From contig JBFWNL010000001.1 of assembly GCA_050251055.1 (NCBI GenBank), forward strand, positions 555,825-619,824: a DNA stretch of 64,000 nt. Direction: 5' to 3'. Source of the stretch: Bacteriovoracia bacterium (lineage in GTDB: Bacteria > Bdellovibrionota > UBA1018 > JBFWNL01). The position numbers and the translations under genes are program-made. The notes under the pieces are model-generated. The model worked only from the letters and a program-made list of their open reading frames with translations. It did no database searches and was not told where the DNA came from. This document shows positions 27,671-36,605 of the stretch, one piece after another (within the stretch, counting starts at the first letter, position 1; each line of letters opens with the position of its first letter).

Positions 27671-28537
27671 ATGTCGAATATCGTAAAAGCCGGCTTGATT
27701 CAGATCGCGAACAAAATCGATACGAAAGAACCTTGCGAAAAACATCGCAATGCCATGATCGAAGCCCACATTCCCTATATCGAGAAAGCGGGCAAACAGG
27801 GCGTGAAGATGCTTTGCTTCCAGGAAATTTTCACCGGCCCCTACTTCTGCCCGTCGCAAGACGTAAAGTGGTATGGCCTAGCCGAGGAAATCCCGAACGG
27901 CCCAACGACCAAGCTCATGCAAGAGTACGCGAAGAAGTACAATATGGTCATCGTCGTGCCGATCTACGAACAAGAGATGACGGGCGTGTACTATAATACC
28001 GCGGCCGTGATCGACGCCGACGGCAAGTACTTGGGTAAGTACCGCAAGAACCACATCCCGCAGGTGGCCGGATTTTGGGAAAAGTTCTTCTTCAAGCCGG
28101 GCAACATGGGCTACCCCGTGTTCAAGACCCAGTACGGCAACGTCGGCGTCTACATCTGCTACGACCGCCACTTCCCGGACGGAGCCCGCTGCCTGGGCCT
28201 CAGCGGCGCCGAGATCGTATTCAACCCGTCGGCAACCGTCGCTGGCCTCTCGCAGTATCTCTGGGAGATCGAGCAACCCGCCCACGCCGTGGCCAACGGC
28301 TACTTCGTCGGCGCGATCAACCGCATCGGCCGCGAGCAGCCTTGGAACATCGGTGAGTTCTACGGGTCTTCCTATTTCGTCAGCCCGCGCGGCAAGATCG
28401 TCGCGCAGGCCTCGAAAGACAAAGACGAACTGCTGGTATCCGATCTCAACTTCGACGAGATCAAGGAAGTGCGCGACCTCTGGCAGTTTTATCGGGATCG
28501 GCGGCCGGAAACTTACGGGCAGTTGACGGCGTTGTGA
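27671..28537 (+). CDS. Beta-ureidopropionase (nitrilase superfamily)
   Basis: E-K-C triad (CFQEIF, KYRKNHIP, YICYDRHFP), FWEKFFFKPGN, FYRDRRPETY, located in a hydA operon. Confidence 0.92.
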   Translation: MSNIVKAGLIQIANKIDTKEPCEKHRNAMIEAHIPYIEKAGKQGVKMLCFQEIFTGPYFCPSQDVKWYGLAEEIPNGPTTKLMQEYAKKYNMVIVVPIYEQEMTGVYYNTAAVIDADGKYLGKYRKNHIPQVAGFWEKFFFKPGNMGYPVFKTQYGNVGVYICYDRHFPDGARCLGLSGAEIVFNPSATVAGLSQYLWEIEQPAHAVANGYFVGAINRIGREQPWNIGEFYGSSYFVSPRGKIVAQASKDKDELLVSDLNFDEIKEVRDLWQFYRDRRPETYGQLTAL

Positions 28538-28547
28538 CGAGTCAGAT

Positions 28548-28590
28548 TTCAGTTTCGGTTCGAGTTCCAGTTTCAGTTTAGTTTTCAGGT
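28548..28590. repeat. Degenerate hexanucleotide tandem repeat in an intergenic spacer
   Basis: ttcagt ttcggt tcgagt tccagt ttcagt tt(t)agt tttcag, about 7 units of TTCAGT-like sequence. Confidence 0.6.
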
Positions 28591-28606
28591 AGAGAAAGGT
28601 TTGCCT

Positions 28607-29911
28607 ATGCGTAAAAACGAAGAGATCTTGGCTATCCGTAAGAAATACATGCTGCCCACCGCCCTTCACTACCACAAAGAGCCGTTGCAGCTGGTGCGGG
28701 CGCAAGGCGAATACGTTTGGGACGAAAACGGGCGCCAGTACCTGGATGCGATCGGCGGCATTGTTTGCATCTCGGCCGGGCATAATCACCCCAAGATTAA
28801 AGCCCAGATGCGCAAGATGCTCGATAGCGATACGCCCCAACACACGAGCTTACTCTATTTGAACGAAGAGCCGGCCCTACTCGCGGAGAAAATGGCGGAA
28901 GTCGCGCCTCCAGAAGTGAAGCGCCTCGCGATGACGAACTCGGGCTCGGAAGCCAACGAACTCGCGTTCATGGCTGCTCGCCACGCCACCGGTGAAACCA
29001 TGGTCGTGAACCTGCGACATAGCTACCACGGCGGAACTTCCGGGACGTTAGCTAGCTGCGGACACCACACTTGGCGCTTCCGCGCCCAGCCCGTAACCGC
29101 GACCACCTCGGTCGTGGCCCCATACTGCTACCGCTGCCCGTTCGGAAAAACCCCGGATGGTTGTACCTTTGAGTGCGCCCGCCAGGTCGAATCCACGATC
29201 CAAACCAGCACCCACGGAAAGATCGCGGCCTTCATCGCCGAACCCGTCATGGGCGTCGGCGGCTTCATCGATCCCCCCAAGGAATACTTCCAGGAAGTGG
29301 TGAAGATCGTCCATAACTACGGCGGCAAGTACATCAGCGACGAAGTGCAAACCGGCGCGGGACGTTGCGGCGCCGAATTCTTCGCCACGAACGAACTGGG
29401 CATCGACGCCGACATGGTCACTATGGCCAAGGGCCTAGGCAACGGGGCCGCCATCGGCGCCGTGCTCATGAAATCCGACATCGCCGACACGATGGCGGGC
29501 AAACTCTACTTCAACACGTTCGGCGGCGACCCATACCAAACCATGCAGGCGCGGATGACCATTGAGATCATCCAGGAAGAGAAACTCATCGAGAACGCCA
29601 AGGCGATGGGCGCGCTCCTCAAGGACGGCTTCAAGGAGATGATGAAGACGCACGAGCTCATCGGCGACGTCCGCGGACGGGGGCTGATGATGGGTATCGA
29701 GCTCGTCAGGGATCGCAAGACCAAGGAATACGCCACCGCCGAGACGGCGGCGATCATGGACATTTGCCGCGAAAAGGGCTTACTCCTGGGTAAAGGCGGG
29801 CTTTTCGGGAACGTACTGCGGATCGCACCGCCGCTGACGATTAACCGCGACCAGGTGAAGGTCATGCTGACTATCCTGGATCAGGCGTTTCACTCCATGA
29901 AGAAACTTTAG
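28607..29911 (+). CDS. Class III PLP aminotransferase (beta-alanine/AGXT2-like)
   Basis: NSGSEANE, SYHG, FIAEP, SDEVQTG, TMAKGLGNG, NTFGG. Context indicates beta-alanine/3-aminoisobutyrate transamination. Confidence 0.9.
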   Translation: MRKNEEILAIRKKYMLPTALHYHKEPLQLVRAQGEYVWDENGRQYLDAIGGIVCISAGHNHPKIKAQMRKMLDSDTPQHTSLLYLNEEPALLAEKMAEVAPPEVKRLAMTNSGSEANELAFMAARHATGETMVVNLRHSYHGGTSGTLASCGHHTWRFRAQPVTATTSVVAPYCYRCPFGKTPDGCTFECARQVESTIQTSTHGKIAAFIAEPVMGVGGFIDPPKEYFQEVVKIVHNYGGKYISDEVQTGAGRCGAEFFATNELGIDADMVTMAKGLGNGAAIGAVLMKSDIADTMAGKLYFNTFGGDPYQTMQARMTIEIIQEEKLIENAKAMGALLKDGFKEMMKTHELIGDVRGRGLMMGIELVRDRKTKEYATAETAAIMDICREKGLLLGKGGLFGNVLRIAPPLTINRDQVKVMLTILDQAFHSMKKL

Positions 29912-30026
29912 CCGACCCTAGGCCGACTGTATCCGCTGGGACACACCCTTCGGTATTTTTCGTCAGATTACTGCACCCCGCGGGTTATGCCTGTATCGAA
30001 TCGACAGCAAACCAGGGGGCACTTTC

Positions 30027-30560
30027 ATGCGGATTCTCACTCTCACGTTACTTTTTACTTTAAGCTTTTCGGCCAACGCGCAGAACCCAACTTCGGTGTC
30101 CAATCGGACTGCACTTGATGACGGATGTCGATCATTGCGGTTCGACGCGGAGTCCGCCTGCCAGAGTGCAGCTAGGAAGTGCGGCGATTTTCAACGGGCA
30201 AAGCAGCGCGCCGAAACTTGCGGAGGCAATCCGCCAGGACGGCCTACGACGGAAGCGGCCTGTGGCAGTTACAATCAGTGCTTCATCGATCACGCCTGGG
30301 ATTGCCAATACGCTTGGTCTTCCGGGCCTCCCGCAGGGTGTAAAATCACGCACAGTGGAGATAACTCCTGCCCGGGAGATTGGTTTATTGGTCCCGACAA
30401 CGATGACGAAGGCTGGAACGGCGAAGGCCATCGCGCCCGCTTCCTAAATACGCTCCGCCGCTGTCAGGAAAAAACCCAGGAATTAGGTCGTCGTTGCCCG
30501 CTCGAAATCGTGCCGGTCGTGCCCACCTGTCCGGGCGCCGACCCTGCGATCGAACTATAA
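30027..30560 (+). CDS. Secreted Cys-rich hypothetical protein
   Basis: Signal peptide MRILTLTLLFTLSFSANA and 12 Cys in the mature part. Confidence 0.75.
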   Translation: MRILTLTLLFTLSFSANAQNPTSVSNRTALDDGCRSLRFDAESACQSAARKCGDFQRAKQRAETCGGNPPGRPTTEAACGSYNQCFIDHAWDCQYAWSSGPPAGCKITHSGDNSCPGDWFIGPDNDDEGWNGEGHRARFLNTLRRCQEKTQELGRRCPLEIVPVVPTCPGADPAIEL

Positions 30561-30596
30561 AAAGAGAGCGCGGGCCTAGACCCAGCACTGGCCGGA

Positions 30597-31589
30597 TTAG
30601 CTATACCGCCGAATCCAGCCCGCCAAGTCGTCGAAAGCCCGCGCCTTGTCCACGCCTTCGGGAACCTTCGCGCCCGTAACGCCCGCACCTTCATTGAAAG
30701 GCTCGTGACGGAATCCAGGATAGGTTTTGAGTTCCTTGGTCTTCGCCTTGAGTTTTTGGAAGAAATCGATCGTCGCGTTCGGATCGACGATCTCGTCATC
30801 CATGGAAACCAGGAACTGGATCGGCACGCGGATTTCTTTTTCGCCCGCGAACATGTCCCGCAATGCCGCCTGCATCTGCATGAAGAAACGCGGAGTGGCC
30901 TTGTCGTGCACCAGGCGATCCTTTGCGTAAGCCTCCTGCACGCACGGATCATGGCCAATCTTGGTAACGTCGAGCCCGGTCGGCATCTGAATGGAACCCC
31001 AGACCTTCGCGAGCACCTTCGCCGCCACCAACTTCGGTAGCGGCACCTTCACCTTCAAGCCCAAAAGCGGCGACGAGATCGTGGCTGACTTGATGGGAAG
31101 ATCCGGATTGAACATAAGGAGTCGAAGCGCGGTCAAACCGCCCATGCTATGCCCTAAGAGATGCAGCCTCACCTGACCGAACTTTTTCTCCAGACGCTCC
31201 ACCAGGAGGCGCGCGACGATCGCCGCATCCGCGACATAATGATCGAAGTCCTCCACGTGCCCGCGACCCCCTCCTGAACGTCCGTGGCCCCGCAAATCAA
31301 ATCCATGGATTGAGCCTAAGGTTTCACCGAGCCGGGCATCCAAAAAATGCGGGAAGTGCAGATAGCGGCCGAAATGCTCCCCTTGACCGTGAATGACCAA
31401 GAGCGCCTCGGACCCGTTCCAAGCCTGGCGATGATGATGAGCCAGAAAAAGCTTCACCCCGCCGCCCCCGGCGTCGAACCCGGAGATCGTCTCGACCTCC
31501 GTCGTCCAATCCGGAGGGAGCCCCGGAAAACCCTTCGGCTGCAGATTGCCCATCGTGTTCACGGCGTTTTCGGTTTGCATAGGCCCCAC
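30597..31589 (-). CDS. Alpha/beta hydrolase, lysophospholipase/monoacylglycerol lipase family
   Basis: HGQGEHFGRY, FDLRGHGRS, GHSMGG nucleophile elbow, HEPFNE. Confidence 0.92.
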   Translation of the reverse strand: MGPMQTENAVNTMGNLQPKGFPGLPPDWTTEVETISGFDAGGGGVKLFLAHHHRQAWNGSEALLVIHGQGEHFGRYLHFPHFLDARLGETLGSIHGFDLRGHGRSGGGRGHVEDFDHYVADAAIVARLLVERLEKKFGQVRLHLLGHSMGGLTALRLLMFNPDLPIKSATISSPLLGLKVKVPLPKLVAAKVLAKVWGSIQMPTGLDVTKIGHDPCVQEAYAKDRLVHDKATPRFFMQMQAALRDMFAGEKEIRVPIQFLVSMDDEIVDPNATIDFFQKLKAKTKELKTYPGFRHEPFNEGAGVTGAKVPEGVDKARAFDDLAGWIRRYS

Positions 31590-31595
31590 CTTACC

Positions 31596-32558
31596 TCAAT
31601 TCGCCTGGGCGCGCACGCCTTCGCATTCGGGCGGAAGCTTGGGCATCTTGAAGGCTTCCGCCTTACGTTCTGGGCTCGCGGTCTTTTGGCGGGCCTCATC
31701 CGAGAACCACCAATCTAACTCGGAACCGCAGCCGTCTCCCGGCGGGATCGCCTCCTGTTTTTTGCAAAGGGGGCTACCTTCCGGGCAGCGCAAGCGGACA
31801 TGAAAGTGATCATGATGCTCGAACCAGGGGCGGACCTTGGCCATCCATTTGCGTTCGGATTTTTTTCCCCGCGTCGCCTGGCAGAGCGCGCGCTTGACGG
31901 CGGCATGGACGAAGATTCGCTCCACTTCCGGAGCCTGGGCCGCGTACTTGAGAATCTTCACATGCTTGGGGGTCCAAAGCTTCTTGAGCACTTTGTAGGT
32001 TTTGAGATTCACCACGCTCTTGGCGCCCCAATCCTCACGCTCCTGCGCCGTCAGCTGGGGACGATTCGCCTCGGGCGTAAGCCAAAACCAGATATCGATA
32101 TCGAGCCCGCTCTGATGGCTCATGTGCCCCACCAGCGTGGGACCACCGCGCACGAGGTTCAGGTTACCCAGGAGCAGCGTTCCCAACTTGTCGCGATGGA
32201 CTTGCTTGCCCAGGTTTTTCACATAGTGGATCAACGTCGGATGCCCGAAGCGCTTTCCCGTCGTCGGGTGCATGACGTGGTAACCTGGCCCCGAGAGCGG
32301 TAGCTCTTCGGAACCTACGATGCAGCCGGCGGTGTAGTTTCCGATGGCTTGGGCCGCGCCTTTCGCGGGCGTCGTGAACTTGGGCCAGGGATTGTCGATC
32401 AGCGGCGGAGGGGAAGGCTCAGGCACGGGGCCGGTCGCCGAGTCGGGACCGGTTGGGCTAGCCGCACCGGGCTCCGTCGTAGCGCTCGCGCCGATCGAAG
32501 CGGCCAGGAGAAGAACACTTAAAATCGAGATATCTACCGCTCGACTTCGAGGTTTCAG
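31596..32558 (-). CDS. mepA: Penicillin-insensitive murein endopeptidase (probable CTG start)
   Basis: AIGNYTAGC, HMSHQSGLDIDIWF, ERIFV, KVRPWFEHHDHFHVRLRCP, GDGC. The frame stays open upstream of the track start (32426) and encodes a signal peptide from CTG 32558. Confidence 0.9.
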   Translation of the reverse strand: MKPRSRAVDISILSVLLLAASIGASATTEPGAASPTGPDSATGPVPEPSPPPLIDNPWPKFTTPAKGAAQAIGNYTAGCIVGSEELPLSGPGYHVMHPTTGKRFGHPTLIHYVKNLGKQVHRDKLGTLLLGNLNLVRGGPTLVGHMSHQSGLDIDIWFWLTPEANRPQLTAQEREDWGAKSVVNLKTYKVLKKLWTPKHVKILKYAAQAPEVERIFVHAAVKRALCQATRGKKSERKWMAKVRPWFEHHDHFHVRLRCPEGSPLCKKQEAIPPGDGCGSELDWWFSDEARQKTASPERKAEAFKMPKLPPECEGVRAQAN

Positions 32559-33835
32559 CGCGTGCTCCGCATGGGATTATTCGGATGCTGGGTCCAATTC
32601 AAATAGGGCTTGCCGGTTTCCTGCGGGACCATCGTGATGCAATCGGGAACCGGGCAAACCATGTGGCAAAGATTACAACCCACGCACTCGGACTCGATGA
32701 TCTCGTACTTACGGCCCAGCTTCGCGGCGCCCGTACGCTGAGCGCTGATCGCCTGGTGGGAGGTGTCTTCGCAGGCGATGTAGCAAAGCCCGCACCCAAT
32801 GCACTTATCTTCGTCGATGTGGGCGATCGTCTTGTAATTCAGATCCAGATACTGCCAATCGGTGACGTTCGGAATGGCGCGGCCAATGAAGTCCTCGAGC
32901 TTGCGGTACCCCTTCTGGTCCATCCAGTTGCCCAGGCCATCGATCATGTCATCGACGATCTTAAAACCATAGTGCATGGCCGCCGTGCAGACCTGCACGC
33001 TGTAGGAGCCTAAAGCCATGAACTCGGCGGCGTCCCGCCAGGTGGAAATTCCGCCGATCCCCGAGATCGGCAAGCCCTTGGTCTCGGGATCGCGCGCGAT
33101 CTCCGACACCATATTGAGCGCGATGGGCTTAACGGCCGGGCCGCAATATCCGCCGTGCGTCCCCTTCCCGCCCACGGTGGGCTGGGGGGCCATGACATCG
33201 AGATCGACGGCGGTAATCGAATTAATGGTATTAATCAGCGAAACGCCGTCCGCCCCGCCGGCCTTCGCCGCGCGGGCGGGCTTGCGCACGTCGGAAATAT
33301 TGGGAGTGAGCTTCACGAGCACCGGCATGCGCGTGTGGGCCTTGCACCAGCGCGTGACCATTTCCACGTATTCCGGGACCTGACCCACGGCGGATCCCAT
33401 ACCCCGCTCGCTCATGCCGTGCGGACAGCCGAAGTTGAGCTCGATGCCGTCGGCGTTCGTGTCTTCTAGCTTCTTGAGGATCGTTTTCCAGCTCTCCTCG
33501 TTGCAAGGAACCATCAGCGAAATCACGAGCGCCCGGTCCGGCCACTCGCGCTTGGTTTCCTTGATTTCCTGCAAGTTCACGTCGAACGGACGGTCGGTAA
33601 TGAGCTCGATGTTATTGAGCCCCATCACCCGCTGGCCATTGAGGTCGACCGACCCGTAGCGGGAGCTGACGTTCACCACCGGCGGATCTTCACCCAACGT
33701 CTTCCAAACCACGCCGCCCCACCCGGCCTGGAAGGCGCGCACGACATTATACTTCTTGTCCGTCGGTGGCGCGGAAGCCAGCCAAAACGGGTTCGGCGAT
33801 TTGATGCCCGCCATATTGCAGCGTAGATCAGCCAT
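32555..33835 (-). CDS. preA: NAD-dependent dihydropyrimidine dehydrogenase subunit PreA
   Basis: NPFWLASAPPT, LNNIELITDR, ELNFGCPHGMSERGMG, KLTPN, two C-terminal 4Fe-4S motifs. Start reassigned to ATG 33835. Confidence 0.96.
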   Translation of the reverse strand: MADLRCNMAGIKSPNPFWLASAPPTDKKYNVVRAFQAGWGGVVWKTLGEDPPVVNVSSRYGSVDLNGQRVMGLNNIELITDRPFDVNLQEIKETKREWPDRALVISLMVPCNEESWKTILKKLEDTNADGIELNFGCPHGMSERGMGSAVGQVPEYVEMVTRWCKAHTRMPVLVKLTPNISDVRKPARAAKAGGADGVSLINTINSITAVDLDVMAPQPTVGGKGTHGGYCGPAVKPIALNMVSEIARDPETKGLPISGIGGISTWRDAAEFMALGSYSVQVCTAAMHYGFKIVDDMIDGLGNWMDQKGYRKLEDFIGRAIPNVTDWQYLDLNYKTIAHIDEDKCIGCGLCYIACEDTSHQAISAQRTGAAKLGRKYEIIESECVGCNLCHMVCPVPDCITMVPQETGKPYLNWTQHPNNPMRSTR

Positions 33836-35231
33836 GGATTTCCTCGCCATCGATCGCGTTGTGGCCCCGGCGCATCTCCAGCGGCACCTCCTGGCCAGTG
33901 AGGTCCAGGTGAATCGCGTGCGCGGCAAGCTTACCGTCTTGCACGGCGTTCACTGTCAGCGCGCCGGCATTGATGCAGTCGCCGCCCGCGTAAACCCCGG
34001 GTAGCGACGTCTGTCGCCGATTATTCACAACGATTCGGCCCTTCCCGATCTGTAGCTCTTCGGTCCCTTCGCCGAGCTTAGCGGGCACCAACACCTGGCC
34101 GATCGCCTTGAAGACCTGATCCACCGGGATTTCGAACGTGTCGCCGGTACCCACGAGCTTCGCGCCGTCCAGCCGTGTCTGCTCGAAGCGGATCACGGAG
34201 ACGCCCTGAGCATCGCCCACCAAGGCTTCGGGCTTAGCCCAGTAACGGATCAAGACGCCGTTGTTCTTTGCCAACTCTTGCTCGTACCAGGTAGCGCCCA
34301 TGGCGTCGGGACCGCGGCGGTAAACCAGGGTCACGGCTTCGGCTCCCAGACGTTTCATCTGCACGGCAATATCGATCGCCGTGTTGCCGCCGCCGATCAC
34401 GACCACGCGTTTACCTACTTTGATCTTGGCTAAATCTTCCACTTGGCGAAGTTCCGCGATCGCGTCGACCGCATCCACCACGCCGTCCATGAGCTCGCCC
34501 TCGAGCGAGAGCGCGTTCGTGCCGGCCAAGCCGACGCCTAAAAACACGGCGTCGAAATCCTTGCGCAGCCGCTTGAGGCTCAAATCCCGTCCGAGCGCCT
34601 TGCCGGTCTCGAGCTCGATGCCGCCCACGCTCAGGATGAACTGAAGTTCGCGCTGGGCGAAATCATCGACCATCTTGTAGGCAGCCAAGCCGTATTCATT
34701 CAAGCCGCCGGCCTTCGGCTGGGCTTCGAAAACCTTTACTTGATGTCCTAAGAGCGCCAGGCGATGCGCGCACGCCATGCCAGCAGGGCCGGCGCCCACG
34801 ACCGCCACGCGCTTGCCCGTCGTGGCGTGGCGGGTAAACGGCTGCACGCGCGCATCAAAAAGCCAATCCGTCGCGTGCCGCTGCAACAAGCCGATGGTCA
34901 CGGGTTTTTCTTCGGAATGATTGCGTACACAGGCGCTCTCGCAAAGCGTTTCCACCGGACAGACGCGCGCGCAGGTGCCGCCCATGATATTTTCGGAAAG
35001 GATGTCCACGGCGGCGCCCTTTAAGTTGCCGGTCGAGATCTTACGGATGAAACTCGGGATATTGATCCCCGTCGGGCAGGCCTGGATGCAGGGTGCATCG
35101 TGGCAGAAGAAACACCGGCTCGCTTCAATGGCCGCAGTCTTACCTTCCAGCGGCGCATGGAGATCTTCGAAGTTTTTACGATAGTCCTCGCGGGTCAAAC
35201 GTCCCGCGGCGATGTCATGCTGGTGTTTCAT
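33828..35231 (-). CDS. preT: Dihydropyrimidine dehydrogenase subunit PreT (GltD-like flavoprotein)
   Basis: RCFFCHDAPCIQACPT, CARVCP, GAGPAG, GGGNTAID. Start reassigned to ATG 35231, and it overlaps preA. Confidence 0.94.
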   Translation of the reverse strand: MKHQHDIAAGRLTREDYRKNFEDLHAPLEGKTAAIEASRCFFCHDAPCIQACPTGINIPSFIRKISTGNLKGAAVDILSENIMGGTCARVCPVETLCESACVRNHSEEKPVTIGLLQRHATDWLFDARVQPFTRHATTGKRVAVVGAGPAGMACAHRLALLGHQVKVFEAQPKAGGLNEYGLAAYKMVDDFAQRELQFILSVGGIELETGKALGRDLSLKRLRKDFDAVFLGVGLAGTNALSLEGELMDGVVDAVDAIAELRQVEDLAKIKVGKRVVVIGGGNTAIDIAVQMKRLGAEAVTLVYRRGPDAMGATWYEQELAKNNGVLIRYWAKPEALVGDAQGVSVIRFEQTRLDGAKLVGTGDTFEIPVDQVFKAIGQVLVPAKLGEGTEELQIGKGRIVVNNRRQTSLPGVYAGGDCINAGALTVNAVQDGKLAAHAIHLDLTGQEVPLEMRRGHNAIDGEEIHG

Positions 35232-35333
35232 AAGGGAAAGAGACACTTTTCCCTGTCTGAAAGCGTTGGTCAAGCGCCAAAAGCCTGAATTGGAGCCCCA
35301 AAACGGGGACTCAATCACGCCGCCTGATTCAGC

Positions 35334-35849
35334 TTAGAACGGACAGAAGTTAATGCCGCCGTTATTGAAATAGAGCGTCTGACGCGCAGCGCTAGAGAAG
35401 TAAGAATACGGGCAAACCGGCTGGCCATCGAGCAAAACCCGCATATAGAACTGGGTGAAGCCGTTCGGCAGGATCCCGAGCTGCTGATTGTCCACGACCA
35501 CATCCCCCACCCGCAGCGAGCTGATGGTCAGACCGTCCATCTGAGTCGAGATATGGCTCGTGTGGTAGATCGTGATTGAGTACCCGCCGTTGGAACCGGT
35601 CGTGACAGACGACACCACGCCCGGAGCCGGCACAATGATCGGCGTCGTATAGGCCGAAACCGTGAGCGTGATGGAGTTCGTCGAAGTCGAGTACGCGGTA
35701 AAGCCCACCAGCGCCCCCGTGGCGAAGGGCAAGCTCAGACTCGGCGTCGAGTTCGGGTTAGTGAAAACATTGAGAGGATGAGTGCCTCCGCATCCCCCAA
35801 CCAAGGTCGATATCGTCAAAGCTAGACCCAATCGTGAAAATTTATTCAT
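35334..35849 (-). CDS. Lipoprotein with degenerate M23/LytM-like domain
   Basis: Lipobox LVGGC after ATG 35849. PIIVPAPGVV...YSITIYH...LRVGDVV..NQQLG follows the M23 pattern, but the Zn ligands are absent. Confidence 0.6.
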   Translation of the reverse strand: MNKFSRLGLALTISTLVGGCGGTHPLNVFTNPNSTPSLSLPFATGALVGFTAYSTSTNSITLTVSAYTTPIIVPAPGVVSSVTTGSNGGYSITIYHTSHISTQMDGLTISSLRVGDVVVDNQQLGILPNGFTQFYMRVLLDGQPVCPYSYFSSAARQTLYFNNGGINFCPF

Positions 35850-36436
35850 ATCGGCATCCTCAACGAAAGCGACGCGGCCCAAGTGAGCAAGGAATTGCGG
35901 TTAAATACGACGGTAAAAGGGGTTTCAAGCTCGAGACTGATCGGATCAAACAGCTTCATGGAGGCACCGACACGGATCTGCATCGCGAACGAGCCGCCGG
36001 AGTTGCCCACCACGCCACCAATCATCCCGTCCTGCGGGAAAGACAGCCAGCTATACATGAAGCCAGGGCCGACGGACATGAAAGGCGAGAGGACGAAGCC
36101 TTCCGATTTCTCGCGCCACTCGATGTTGGTAAAAAGACCCAGCTGACGGAGCACCGTGGTTTCCATGCCGCGAATCGCGAAAGGCTGGTACACGCCCGTG
36201 AGCACCATCTCGAAGTGATTTCCCAAAAGTTTTTCGTTGGACCACCAGATCTGCGCGCTCACACCCGCCAAGCGCGCATAAGTGAGATAATTATCGCCCA
36301 AAGTGGTCGGTAACGAAGTCCCCACGGCAATCGCGCCGAATTCCGCGCGGGCCGGGGGCGCCGTCAGCGCCAATCCCAGGCAAATCGCAACTGTCGTTAA
36401 TAAAGAGGTACTGCCCACTACTCGCCTACGCGCCAT
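35846..36436 (-). CDS. Putative outer-membrane beta-barrel protein
   Basis: Signal peptide ending PARA, alternating amphipathic strands (LSPFMSVGPGFMYS, MQIRVGASMKL), and its stop overlaps the lipoprotein ATG. Confidence 0.6.
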   Translation of the reverse strand: MARRRVVGSTSLLTTVAICLGLALTAPPARAEFGAIAVGTSLPTTLGDNYLTYARLAGVSAQIWWSNEKLLGNHFEMVLTGVYQPFAIRGMETTVLRQLGLFTNIEWREKSEGFVLSPFMSVGPGFMYSWLSFPQDGMIGGVVGNSGGSFAMQIRVGASMKLFDPISLELETPFTVVFNRNSLLTWAASLSLRMPI

Positions 36437-36568
36437 AAAAAGAGTTCCCCTTAGATATTAGGATATGTCTTTTCGGGAAAACTACAATGATTTACTCCGC
36501 ATCGCTCCGAACGCGGCGCATAACACTCATGCAGCATTCCCTTCAGCGTAGATTCTCTGACACTATCA

Positions 36569-36605
36569 TTGCCAGCCAACCCCTCGCCCCTTTATAAAAA
36601 GGGGG
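36569..36605 (+). promoter_or_regulatory. Putative promoter with overlapping palindrome upstream of the DUF692 gene
   Basis: TTGCCA (36569-74)-N18-TATAAA (36593-98). Inverted repeat CCCCTTT-ataa-AAAGGGG at 36587-36604. Confidence 0.4.

Noticed and set aside
28548-28590. Short repeats as a CRISPR array
   Set aside because: The units are 6 bp, degenerate and lack spacers, and no cas genes are present.
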